A stretch of DNA of 64,000 nt. It comes from Escherichia phage B9-1. Positions 9,544-18,032 of this stretch are shown piece after piece (within the stretch, counting starts at the first letter, position 1; each line of letters opens with the position of its first letter). The notes beneath the pieces were generated by a model, which was not told where the DNA came from, searched no databases, and was given only the letters and a program-made list of their open reading frames with translations. Made by a program: the position numbers and the translations under genes. The DNA lies in sequence record OQ420740.1. One strand, 5' to 3'.

Positions 9544-10137
9544 TCAAATACCTTCTAAAAACTTCCCTATTTTATACCAGCTGTTAGCGGTATAGTCAAC
9601 ACTAACCTTCAACTCCTCGAATTGCTCATAAGGGGTGTCTTTTAAGATTTTAATAACTTCAGGGCGTGAAGCGAATTGGTTCAGGTATTCATGCCTGTCG
9701 TCAATTATAACATCTACAGCCACATTACCTTTGAAATGTGTGGCGTAGAAGCCGTGACCCTGGGTGTGATCGTCCAGATCCATAAAATCGCTGGTCCAAC
9801 GCTTTAAGAACCTTGATTTAGATGCAAGGTGACCTTTCTTGCATACAGAGATGAATGCAAGCTTGTGACCACGAGCCACCAAATCTTTCATAACCTCAAT
9901 AGCCCCCTCTTCAGGCTTAAGAAAGTCGTAGAGGAACGGGTCACTCCAGAAATCAAAAGGCCCTATGATGTTTTCTTTGGGGCGATCAGGCCAATACTTT
10001 GACAGATCGTAATACATCAGTCCGTTAGAAGGTTTAGCAACTGTCTTACTGGCTGGACCATACAAACGCTCCAACCACTCCCACCATGCTGTTCCTGAGT
10101 CTACCAGTGTCAAATCTACATCAATTCCGATTAACAT
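9544..10137 (-). CDS. HAD-superfamily phosphatase (5'-deoxynucleotidase-like)
   Basis: 197 aa; N-terminal HAD motif I 'IGIDVDLTLVD'. Confidence 0.55.
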   Translation of the reverse strand: MLIGIDVDLTLVDSGTAWWEWLERLYGPASKTVAKPSNGLMYYDLSKYWPDRPKENIIGPFDFWSDPFLYDFLKPEEGAIEVMKDLVARGHKLAFISVCKKGHLASKSRFLKRWTSDFMDLDDHTQGHGFYATHFKGNVAVDVIIDDRHEYLNQFASRPEVIKILKDTPYEQFEELKVSVDYTANSWYKIGKFLEGI

Positions 10138-10745
10138 TCTTCTTGGGCCTCTTTAGCATCAATATACTTGCACACAATCTCCGATGCACATTCCCAAGGT
10201 GCACCTTCAGGGTTTACAACATCGAACTCAATTCCTTTTATTCCGTTCTTTTCCAGACTTAGATAGGTTCTGGAATCATTTCCCCAGTCATATCCGGCCC
10301 GGTGAATACGGAACAACAACAGATCTCCACCTGTGCTGTATGCGTACTCGCTAAGGCATGCCAGCTCCTCTTTGAATCCACCATCGGAATAAACAACAAC
10401 CCCTTTACCTTCTGGGAAATCTTTCTCCAGAGAAGCAACACTGGCCTTTCCGAAGGCATCACTGCCGAATACAGGTTTAATCAGGGCCTCGCTACAATGG
10501 ATCATCCACTCACGAGGAGAAACGTGCTTGCCATCGATCATCAAGAACGGGCACGGCTCTTCTTTATAGCGGCGATCATAGAATGCATTCCACAACTGTG
10601 GTGAAATACCTGCTGCCTTAATTGCCACGCTGAATAGCATTTCCTTTACCTCGCGGTGATGCGAGTTTGGAATAGCTTCCAACAAAAGATCTGCGATATG
10701 ATCTTTTCCAGAACTTGGTGGGGCATTAAGAACAATAATATCCAT
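10131..10745 (-). CDS. deoxynucleoside monophosphate kinase-like P-loop protein
   Basis: 204 aa; N-terminal 'LNAPPSSGKDH' resembles the T4 dNMP kinase P-loop 'GVKRSGKDT'. Confidence 0.45.
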   Translation of the reverse strand: MDIIVLNAPPSSGKDHIADLLLEAIPNSHHREVKEMLFSVAIKAAGISPQLWNAFYDRRYKEEPCPFLMIDGKHVSPREWMIHCSEALIKPVFGSDAFGKASVASLEKDFPEGKGVVVYSDGGFKEELACLSEYAYSTGGDLLLFRIHRAGYDWGNDSRTYLSLEKNGIKGIEFDVVNPEGAPWECASEIVCKYIDAKEAQEEC

Positions 10746-10948
10746 TAAAAACCTCCGTGATATTCTTCGACTGCATCAATAATACTTTTACACTTATCTA
10801 CCAGCTCGTTAGCCACTACAGCATCATCTTCCCAAACAGCTTCCTCAATCTGATCAAGCAGTGATCGCATCTTCCCCATCATCTCTGGAACAAAGTCTTC
10901 TGAAAAGCTGTCTGGAATTGTTAACTCTGGTGTCATTGCGGTCTCCAA
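10745..10948 (-). CDS. hypothetical acidic protein
   Basis: 67-aa ORF, start/stop overlap with neighbours. Confidence 0.3.
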   Translation of the reverse strand: METAMTPELTIPDSFSEDFVPEMMGKMRSLLDQIEEAVWEDDAVVANELVDKCKSIIDAVEEYHGGF

Positions 10949-10963
10949 TCATACTGTGCGTTA

Positions 10964-11422
10964 TTAGAAGTTTGTTTTTACACGTCCCTTTTCATCTACT
11001 TCGTTGTTAGCTAAAAGCGTTACAAAGTCTGTAAAACGAACATGAAGAACTCTTTTCTTATCTAGGTATCCTAAAGCCACACCTGAGAAATTTATCATCA
11101 AAGGGGCTAAAGAAGCTCTAGCACTAAAATGCTGCTGCTCCACTCTCCCAACACCCTTAGTATAAGAAGGGTTGAGATTGTAAGTTCTGAATCCAAGTTT
11201 TGTTGGAGCTTTAGAATTAAAAACAACTTTATAACGTTTCTTACTCAGCTTATGTTCCAGAATAAGCATACCCTTTTCACCCCGGATAAGCTGAAAATCT
11301 GTAAAATGCTCTTTTAAGACAAAAGGTAGTGCCAGCCCCATAGCCTGCCCCCTTTGCACGGCTGTCTCACCAAAAGCTTTTGCATCGGTAAGCTCTTTAG
11401 TCAAGTCTATGCTTTTGATCAT
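10964..11422 (-). CDS. hypothetical protein
   Basis: 152-aa ORF from the track; no motif recognised. Confidence 0.3.
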   Translation of the reverse strand: MIKSIDLTKELTDAKAFGETAVQRGQAMGLALPFVLKEHFTDFQLIRGEKGMLILEHKLSKKRYKVVFNSKAPTKLGFRTYNLNPSYTKGVGRVEQQHFSARASLAPLMINFSGVALGYLDKKRVLHVRFTDFVTLLANNEVDEKGRVKTNF

Positions 11423-12203
11423 ACCTGGTCTCCAAAATGTATTGTAGTTCTTTCTTGCCTATACTCTTCATTCCAGCAGTCTTACCTGCTTCTTCTTGAA
11501 AAGAAGAATAGCACTCAACAAACACTCTGTCAACACCATCAACTAAAGATTTTATGAAATATGTTGATTCTTCAGATTTTGGGTCATCATCTCCCAATAC
11601 TTTCCCAGCATTATACCCAACACGTCTTATACAGAAGTCGTAATCGTCCGGTGTGCTAAAAGAAAATAACTTATTCTCCCCGATCTCTACAGGGTCCCTA
11701 TTGCACACCTTTTTCTCCCAAATTTGGAAAACACATGGCACGTCATAAGGTTTGCCGTTAAGTAAAAACGAGTTCTTGGGGCACCTTTCGCTGTAAATAA
11801 GGTGCATCGACATGTCCAGTTTGTTTGCAAAAAATATTTTTTCAAAAGTCCGTGGCAAGATGAAGGCTATAGCTCCACCAGGCTCTAGCAATGATGCACA
11901 GTGGTTAAAGAACTTGCAAGCTAAAGACGAATTTTTGCCGAATGGAGGATTACCTATGAATACATCGGCCTTGGGGTACACCTCTAAGAAGTTTGCCTTA
12001 ATACACGGGGTTGGGCCTTCAAATTCAGGATCTGGTACCAAATCATACGACAGTATCTCTGAAAATAGTTTTGAAAAAGAACCCTTTCCAGCAGAAGGCT
12101 CAACGTATGCACAATTCCCATACTTACCTTTTACTTTACCAACAAGATATTCTGCATACTCGGGGTCTGTGTAATATTTGTCGTTGGACTCTTTCTTGCT
12201 CAA
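11397..12203 (-). CDS. N6-adenine DNA methyltransferase (orphan, gamma-like motif order)
   Basis: Motif I 'YVEPSAGKGSF' followed by motif IV 'GNPPFG'; the frame has no ATG upstream of the motifs, so a TTG start near 12203 is likely; track ORF extends to 12233 through a terminator hairpin. Confidence 0.75.
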   Translation of the reverse strand: MSKKESNDKYYTDPEYAEYLVGKVKGKYGNCAYVEPSAGKGSFSKLFSEILSYDLVPDPEFEGPTPCIKANFLEVYPKADVFIGNPPFGKNSSLACKFFNHCASLLEPGGAIAFILPRTFEKIFFANKLDMSMHLIYSERCPKNSFLLNGKPYDVPCVFQIWEKKVCNRDPVEIGENKLFSFSTPDDYDFCIRRVGYNAGKVLGDDDPKSEESTYFIKSLVDGVDRVFVECYSSFQEEAGKTAGMKSIGKKELQYILETRYDQKHRLD

Positions 12204-12210
12204 AGTGCCT

Positions 12211-12240
12211 CCAAAAGGAAAAGGGAGGCGCAAGCCTCCC
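12211..12240 (-). terminator. rho-independent terminator (minus strand) after the exonuclease gene
   Basis: Minus-strand reading: hairpin gggaggc-ttgc-gcctccc followed by 'ttttccttttgg'. Confidence 0.6.
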
Positions 12241-12248
12241 TCTACTTG

Positions 12249-13232
12249 TTAGATTATCTGAATAAGGGTGTTTTTCATCTCTTCCCTAGTACGGATGTTG
12301 TTACGATCACGAACAACAGATCCACAACTTTCGCAGCGGTATGTTTTAAATGCACTCAGCTGAGTATACGCCAAAGCTTCTTCCTCGTGAAGGTGTTCTC
12401 CACCACAACGTGGGCAACGAACTTTTGACTCCTCATCTTGGTAGTACAATGACATGTTAGGGTGCTGCTTAGCAAACGGACGCGCCAGCAAATACAGGCC
12501 TTCCAGAGACAAGATGTCCCCAACATTATACTCCCGCATCTGTTTAAACGCCTCAAGATCACCATGAACACACTTGATCCACATTTCAAATGTGTGGTCA
12601 ATTAGTTTCTGTCGGGCCAGTTGGAAGTATTTACATGCATACTCTAACGTGTTTGCATTCAAACGGAATGCCTTTTTAATCATCTTGAGGGTGTCAACCT
12701 CTTTGTATGGGCTTGTTGGCGGCAAACCGTGAAATGCAAATCGTTGGTTGGCCCACCCACAGTCAAAACCAGAGTTGTGCGCTACTGCGACATCACATTT
12801 ATCCAGATAATACCACAAATCTTGAATCAGTTCAAGATCGTTGTGGATATCCTCACCCCACATTTTGTAATCAGGAAGAGCACAGTCAACCACGCTAGGG
12901 CTGTCTAACCATTTACCTGCGAAAGTTAGCATATAAGGCATAATTTCAATACCGCAGGTTTGAATGTTGGTCTTATAGTGCCCAAAGAACCAGCCGTTTG
13001 TTGGGGATGTCTCTGTATCATACACCCAAACTTTAGCGCCCTTGTGTTCTTCAAGGAAGCGCTCCGTTGCCTCCCCTACAATCTCTGACATATTCTCTTG
13101 TGCACGTTTAAGCTGTAGCCGGATCCAGCTCTCACGTGACTCACGCCCTAAAAATTCACGAGCAATTTGTCTATTAGTGTATCCCTGTTGCTTTAGTGTT
13201 AAAATTTGCTCAAGAGTTAACTTTGTCATCAT
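12249..13232 (-). CDS. DnaQ-like 3'-5' exonuclease with C-terminal zinc ribbon
   Basis: 327 aa; Exo I 'VYDTETS', Exo II 'HNSGFDCGW', Exo III 'YNVGDI'; C-terminal 'CPRCGG...CESCG'. Confidence 0.6.
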   Translation of the reverse strand: MMTKLTLEQILTLKQQGYTNRQIAREFLGRESRESWIRLQLKRAQENMSEIVGEATERFLEEHKGAKVWVYDTETSPTNGWFFGHYKTNIQTCGIEIMPYMLTFAGKWLDSPSVVDCALPDYKMWGEDIHNDLELIQDLWYYLDKCDVAVAHNSGFDCGWANQRFAFHGLPPTSPYKEVDTLKMIKKAFRLNANTLEYACKYFQLARQKLIDHTFEMWIKCVHGDLEAFKQMREYNVGDILSLEGLYLLARPFAKQHPNMSLYYQDEESKVRCPRCGGEHLHEEEALAYTQLSAFKTYRCESCGSVVRDRNNIRTREEMKNTLIQII

Positions 13233-13244
13233 CGTTAAGATTCC

Positions 13245-13466
13245 TTAGTAAAACTGAAGAATGTCTTTTAAAGCGAAGTCACGGTATTCGCCCTTATCTA
13301 CGTCAAATGCATGCATCAACCACTGCTCTTCTTTATGATACTCTGTAGAGCCAAACCACAAATTAGGCTCAGTAACGCAGCGATCTGCAACAACACCTTT
13401 CCAGTTACGGTATTTCATCCTGATCAGAACTGAATCGCAAGGATTGAATACCTTTTTCGTCCCCAT
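13245..13466 (-). CDS. hypothetical protein
   Basis: 73-aa ORF. Confidence 0.3.
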   Translation of the reverse strand: MGTKKVFNPCDSVLIRMKYRNWKGVVADRCVTEPNLWFGSTEYHKEEQWLMHAFDVDKGEYRDFALKDILQFY

Positions 13467-13884
13467 AGAAATCTCTCTCCTCAGTTTTCTTTATAAACTC
13501 CTGCATGTAGGCCTCAATAGCCTCATGCTTGGTATACTCTGAATTAATGACAAGACCGAGATCTGATTCTGCACGTGCAATAATCGTAGCTTTAGAGCAT
13601 CTCCTCAAGAACTTTGTCATATCATCTCTGTAGTTTTTGTGGAGCGGGAAGTCGCTGTAGTCTTTCTCCAGGTAGTCAGCCATCCGGCGTAACGCCTCTG
13701 ATAAACTGCAATCTGTATACTCGTTACAGTATTTCATCCAGTATTTAAGCACATACCCCTCAAAGGTATTAGTGCATTGGGACAAAACACCCCTGCAACG
13801 ACCAGTCAGATGATCATGATCTAAACAAGGCTTACGAAGTGGTTCGCACAAGATTGGATCAAGACCATCCTGCTCTTCTGACAA
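13405..13884 (-). CDS. recombination endonuclease VII-like (Holliday junction resolvase)
   Basis: 159 aa; diagnostic 'CEPLRKPCLDHDHLTGRCRGVLSQCTN' matches the endonuclease VII zinc/HNH-like core. Confidence 0.7.
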   Translation of the reverse strand: MSEEQDGLDPILCEPLRKPCLDHDHLTGRCRGVLSQCTNTFEGYVLKYWMKYCNEYTDCSLSEALRRMADYLEKDYSDFPLHKNYRDDMTKFLRRCSKATIIARAESDLGLVINSEYTKHEAIEAYMQEFIKKTEERDFYGDEKGIQSLRFSSDQDEIP

Positions 13885-13961
13885 TTCTTTCCGAAAGTCG
13901 GCTATGTCCTTAGAATCTTTTAGCCACCCGCTATGGACGGGGGCTTTGACAGCTTTCTTTC

Positions 13962-14591
13962 TTATTTTACGCTTTGCGATAATCCCTCCAGATGCGCCCT
14001 ACCTATCCAATAAGCATCTGCGAGATCGGCCTTACCTTGTACCAAGTTGATCCCATCCAGGAACCCAGGTTCAGATACTTCGCAGGCCTTAACCATCAAC
14101 TTTTTATCCATCGTAACAGGTTTCTTCACAGTATGCTCTTTACCTGTCCTTTTGTCAAGCTTTTTCTTCTCCTCAAAAGCAAGTTCTTCAGGAAGATGAC
14201 TACGAGCAAACTTTTTGGCAGTTGTTGGTGTCACTGTGTGAACCTTAAACAGGCCGTCATTTTCACAATCTGCTAAAGCATCCCAAAGCATAACTTCAAG
14301 ACCGTAAAACAACCCAGCCAGTTCACGTGTGGCATCTCCTCGCGATCCGAAGGAGAGCCCTTCCATAACCACGGTGTCAACGCCGTGCGTGTGGATATAA
14401 TATCTAACCTGTTTGCAGATCCAGTCAATACGCTCAGCAGCTGTTGCAAAAGAAACCGTCCCTGGTTTCTTCTCTTTTGCAGATGAGCTTTGTGTGCGTA
14501 ACACAACCTTATGAACAGGCCTACCATCGTCCCATACAACACAGGCTGTGTGGGTAAGAGACTGGTCTATAGACAGCAGTCTTTCTCTCAT
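13962..14591 (-). CDS. RuvC-like crossover junction endonuclease
   Basis: 209 aa; N-terminal 'LSIDQSLTHTACVVW', later acidic blocks 'VVMEGLSFG' and 'ADLADAYWIGRAH' in RuvC-like order. Confidence 0.55.
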   Translation of the reverse strand: MRERLLSIDQSLTHTACVVWDDGRPVHKVVLRTQSSSAKEKKPGTVSFATAAERIDWICKQVRYYIHTHGVDTVVMEGLSFGSRGDATRELAGLFYGLEVMLWDALADCENDGLFKVHTVTPTTAKKFARSHLPEELAFEEKKKLDKRTGKEHTVKKPVTMDKKLMVKACEVSEPGFLDGINLVQGKADLADAYWIGRAHLEGLSQSVK

Positions 14592-14914
14592 GCTGTTTCC
14601 TCTTCATCTGGAGAATAAGCTTTGTCTTTGAATAGCACAAGAGAGCAAAGCTTAACGTCTGTTTCCACGCTGGTAAACATGCATAACCGCTCGCCCTCAA
14701 TCAGCTCGCAATCCTCTTTTAAAACAGCAGACCATACACGATCATCTGCGTAATCATCAGTATACAGGATGTATGCAATAGTGTCATCTTCATACAACCG
14801 CCACATACCTGTGGCAACAATAAATGTATTTTTTGTTTTAAGGGTCCCTGTTGTATGATCATCCTCAAAAACAGCTTCCATAATTGCATTATCTACAGAA
14901 TTTTTAGTCATCAA
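14588..14914 (-). CDS. hypothetical protein
   Basis: 108-aa ORF with overlapping start/stop in the array. Confidence 0.3.
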   Translation of the reverse strand: MMTKNSVDNAIMEAVFEDDHTTGTLKTKNTFIVATGMWRLYEDDTIAYILYTDDYADDRVWSAVLKEDCELIEGERLCMFTSVETDVKLCSLVLFKDKAYSPDEEETA

Positions 14915-16050
14915 ATTGCTCCAACATTTCTAAGAACGTTAACAAGTTTTGTTTGATCATTGAATGTTCGCTTCATATACAAACAGTCAAAAATTATACT
15001 CATCCACTGACCTACGGAAATCCTACGGTCGATACCATTGAAATCGGTATACTTAACAGCACCTTTCGGAAACCATTTTTTATACTGATCAATGATTGTT
15101 AACCACATCTCTTTCGGTGTGCTGCACTGGGACAGCAAGGAGAATGCAGATGCATCTCCAAACTTCCCTTTACCAATAAGACCTTGGTAAGGCTTAATAT
15201 TGTCAGCTGAGTCACCACATAGCATTTGATAACCGAAGAACAACATTCCATACCCACCAACATCGCCGTTTGGTTTCATGAATATGTTACCCATACCGTT
15301 ATCAATGAGCATAGGTGTCTCTCTTACAAAATCACCTTTATCGTTCCTCATCGGATCGAATACAAGCCCAGGAAGTGTTCGCTGGTCCTTATCTATAGAG
15401 ATAATAAACTTGTTGAACTTGCCTGTTTTCTGGTAGTGGTTCCAACCTTCAAATTGCTGGATAGCTAACCAGTCGTCAGCTTCAATACCGTTGATCACTT
15501 GAGCGTTATATTGCTTTTGGAGATACTGTCTTGCATCTTCAAGCAACAGTGGTCGAATAGTATTGTTACGGTTGGCTTTATATCGTTCCGGCATGGGAAG
15601 ATCTAGTCTGAAATTACCAGTACCCCCAAGCACTCCTACGCACCGATCTTCAGGAATACCTAGATAGTTAAGGACTGCATTAGCTTTACACTTAATTGTG
15701 TGCAAGCAGTTCTCTACAGGATCGGGGGTTTGGATATCCAAGACATCGAAATCTTCGCGTGTCCACGGAATAAACTCCTTGCCAGCTTTTTTACATGCAG
15801 CTTCACGGTTGGTGTTCTCAGCCTTTAACCAGCCGCCAACTGCGTTCTTCTGCCTCCCCCAAAACTCTGTTCGTGTTTTAAACACCTTCTTACGTCCTGA
15901 GGCTTTATGTGTTACCTCAATTGTCCTTTTTTCACAACTTGCTGCAGCTTGATATGCAACCTGATCGAAGTCATAATAAACTATAGCGTCAGGTTCAAGA
16001 AGATCAGCTAGACAATCTATGGACTCAATAAGCGGATATTCTCTACTCAA
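14911..16050 (-). CDS. FEN-family 5'-3' exonuclease / flap endonuclease
   Basis: 379 aa; 'GIEADDWLA' and 'LCGDSADNIKPYQGL' match FEN and Pol I 5'-exo signature blocks. Confidence 0.65.
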   Translation of the reverse strand: MSREYPLIESIDCLADLLEPDAIVYYDFDQVAYQAAASCEKRTIEVTHKASGRKKVFKTRTEFWGRQKNAVGGWLKAENTNREAACKKAGKEFIPWTREDFDVLDIQTPDPVENCLHTIKCKANAVLNYLGIPEDRCVGVLGGTGNFRLDLPMPERYKANRNNTIRPLLLEDARQYLQKQYNAQVINGIEADDWLAIQQFEGWNHYQKTGKFNKFIISIDKDQRTLPGLVFDPMRNDKGDFVRETPMLIDNGMGNIFMKPNGDVGGYGMLFFGYQMLCGDSADNIKPYQGLIGKGKFGDASAFSLLSQCSTPKEMWLTIIDQYKKWFPKGAVKYTDFNGIDRRISVGQWMSIIFDCLYMKRTFNDQTKLVNVLRNVGAI

Positions 16051-16351
16051 AGACCCTCCTGTTAGTTATTCTGCAAGATGGTTGGATGCTGTAATGGAAT
16101 GCATCATCACTCTCTGCAATAAGCGACTCAACATCCCAATATTTTTCAAAAAGGAACGGATTAGACCCCCAGTGGTGGGTTATTTTCATCAAGGAGTCTG
16201 GTATCAGATAGCCACAGATCTTAATTACATCGCCAGGTTGAATTGTGTTTTCATGAAGGTTGCTTGCCTTCTTCAGGATCATACCTTTATGATTCTCGTT
16301 TGCATACAACTGGACAATATCTTTATCTTCAACAATAAAAATTTTAAGCAT
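16043..16351 (-). CDS. hypothetical protein
   Basis: 102-aa ORF; a minus-strand promoter-like TTGACA-N17-ATATTA lies upstream at about 16374-16403. Confidence 0.3.
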   Translation of the reverse strand: MLKIFIVEDKDIVQLYANENHKGMILKKASNLHENTIQPGDVIKICGYLIPDSLMKITHHWGSNPFLFEKYWDVESLIAESDDAFHYSIQPSCRITNRRVFE

Positions 16352-16410
16352 GTCTAGTTCTCCTAGTTTATAAACATCTGACTGATAATATCAGATTAAT
16401 AGCACTTTTG

Positions 16411-16704
16411 TCAAGACTTTTTAGTCTTTCTTGGAGAGCTTTTTGTTGATCTTTTCCTTTTGTGGTAGATTCCAAGTGCGGCGTTTTCTTGGGCGCACGT
16501 TTTAACAGTTCTCAGACAAGAACTTTCAGCTTTAGGCAGGTTTAACTCCCACCAACCAAGCCAGTAAAGTTCTGATTCAGACAACTGCTCAGATTCAGCC
16601 TTTCGATACAGTGCTTGCATGCCTCTGATAATGTCGTCCAGAGGCGTATCAAATACAAAAGCTGTCTTATCGAATTTCTCTTTTACAGGTTTCTTAGCCA
16701 TCAA
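16411..16704 (-). CDS. hypothetical protein
   Basis: 97-aa ORF with basic C-terminal tail. Confidence 0.3.
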   Translation of the reverse strand: MMAKKPVKEKFDKTAFVFDTPLDDIIRGMQALYRKAESEQLSESELYWLGWWELNLPKAESSCLRTVKTCAQENAALGIYHKRKRSTKSSPRKTKKS

Positions 16705-17158
16705 GGTAACCCTCTATCCACGAAAAGTCAGTCTTCCATTCTGGAACTTTACTAAGCTCACGCCACTCTGCAAAGCAGTCTCGGTAATACGCCTCTGCCA
16801 TACCCTTGGTGATCTTATTCACCTTAGCCAACTGATTAACTGCCTGAGCATACTTTCCACGGATATTTGCTAACCCAGGATGCACCGATGTGTGACAATC
16901 TGGGCACAATGCTATCAGTCCGACAAGCCGGATCACTCCCTCTTCGAAAGTGTAAAGTTCATGACACTCCACCGGATGTTTGCTGCCTTTACCGCCGCAC
17001 ACCTCACAAGTATAGTTGGCTTCTCTGTAGCACTTCTTACGGATCTTATCCCACTCACTCCTCTTCACAGCGTTTCGGAGATTATTATACCAAGCTGTCT
17101 CTGGGATCAGCTGTACAATAAGCCTGCGTTCAGATTTCATTAAACGTCCGTCTTCCAC
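16694..17158 (-). CDS. zinc-finger protein, possibly HNH-like nuclease
   Basis: 154 aa; 'CEVCGGKGSKHPVECHE...CPDCH' cysteine/histidine cluster. Confidence 0.35.
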   Translation of the reverse strand: MEDGRLMKSERRLIVQLIPETAWYNNLRNAVKRSEWDKIRKKCYREANYTCEVCGGKGSKHPVECHELYTFEEGVIRLVGLIALCPDCHTSVHPGLANIRGKYAQAVNQLAKVNKITKGMAEAYYRDCFAEWRELSKVPEWKTDFSWIEGYLDG

Positions 17159-17167
17159 ATAACCCCC

Positions 17168-17374
17168 TCATTCAAAGAAATGGGTACGAGGGCAGGAACC
17201 TGCCTCACCTTGTTTCACAAGCTCATACAGCTCACCCTGACTCGTCTCATAAAGGCAAATACGTTTACCATTGTCCCGATATACATCTACAAGATACGCT
17301 GTTTCACCTGCAAACACGACACCACAGGCAAGGCATGCTGCCATGAACAAAATTGCCAACAGAAAATCTTTCAT
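17168..17374 (-). CDS. small secreted or lipoprotein-like protein
   Basis: 68 aa; hydrophobic N-terminus 'LLAILFMAACLACGVVFA' with cysteines in lipobox-like context; immediately downstream of the endolysin. Confidence 0.35.
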   Translation of the reverse strand: MKDFLLAILFMAACLACGVVFAGETAYLVDVYRDNGKRICLYETSQGELYELVKQGEAGSCPRTHFFE

Positions 17375-17437
17375 GGTTAAACTCTCCTTAACATTTTACT
17401 GGGTAACAATACCACATCCATGTGGTCATGTCAATGA

Positions 17438-17908
17438 TTAATCTAGAACAACACCGCCTGACTTTTTAAACACCTCGATCAACTTTTCGATCTTCTGTTC
17501 GTGCTGACCATACCCTGCACCAGGAAGGCTTGCCCATCGGGATCTGCAAAGATGGATGGCCTTATGAATACGACCTTCATCAATATCATCTAGCGCCTTG
17601 CACTCACGGATCAATTGTAGTGCGATCTTATCCTGACTGGCAGGGCCAAAATCTGGTAATCCTAACTGTTTCATATAGTGTTTAGCAAACTTCTCCAAAA
17701 CTTGGTAGCGCCCCGCAGCAGAGGAGGTAAGTTTAGCATTTAGCTTAACGTACACACCCGGATGCTTGCTGTAATCGCTAAACAGCTTGCCACCGACTAT
17801 GACATCATAGCCCCGATCCTTGGTAGGTTGTCTACCGTTATCTGTACCTTCTGAATATGCGATCATATCCAAGAAAGCTTTTCGTTGAACATTTTTATCA
17901 AGTTTCAT
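17438..17908 (-). CDS. endolysin, lambda R-like lytic transglycosylase
   Basis: 156 aa; near-colinear with lambda R: 'QRKAFLDMIAYSEGTDNGRQ', 'GYDVIVGG', 'AGRYQ', 'WASLPGAGYGQ'. Confidence 0.9.
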   Translation of the reverse strand: MKLDKNVQRKAFLDMIAYSEGTDNGRQPTKDRGYDVIVGGKLFSDYSKHPGVYVKLNAKLTSSAAGRYQVLEKFAKHYMKQLGLPDFGPASQDKIALQLIRECKALDDIDEGRIHKAIHLCRSRWASLPGAGYGQHEQKIEKLIEVFKKSGGVVLD

Positions 17909-18032
17909 TTTTCATACTCTCCAATTTACTCATAACTAACCCGATCAACAACACTGCATAATGTGGTTATGCAGGTGCCAATTGAAAAACCATCATTCAA
18001 TTGGCTACCGTTACCTACTAAACCTTCCTACA

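Noticed and set aside
9544-10137. HAD phosphatase as the 3'-phosphatase partner of the RNA repair kinase
   Set aside because: It is 12 kb from the kinase, embedded among nucleotide-metabolism genes, and the kinase already has an adjacent metallophosphoesterase; a deoxynucleotidase role is more parsimonious.
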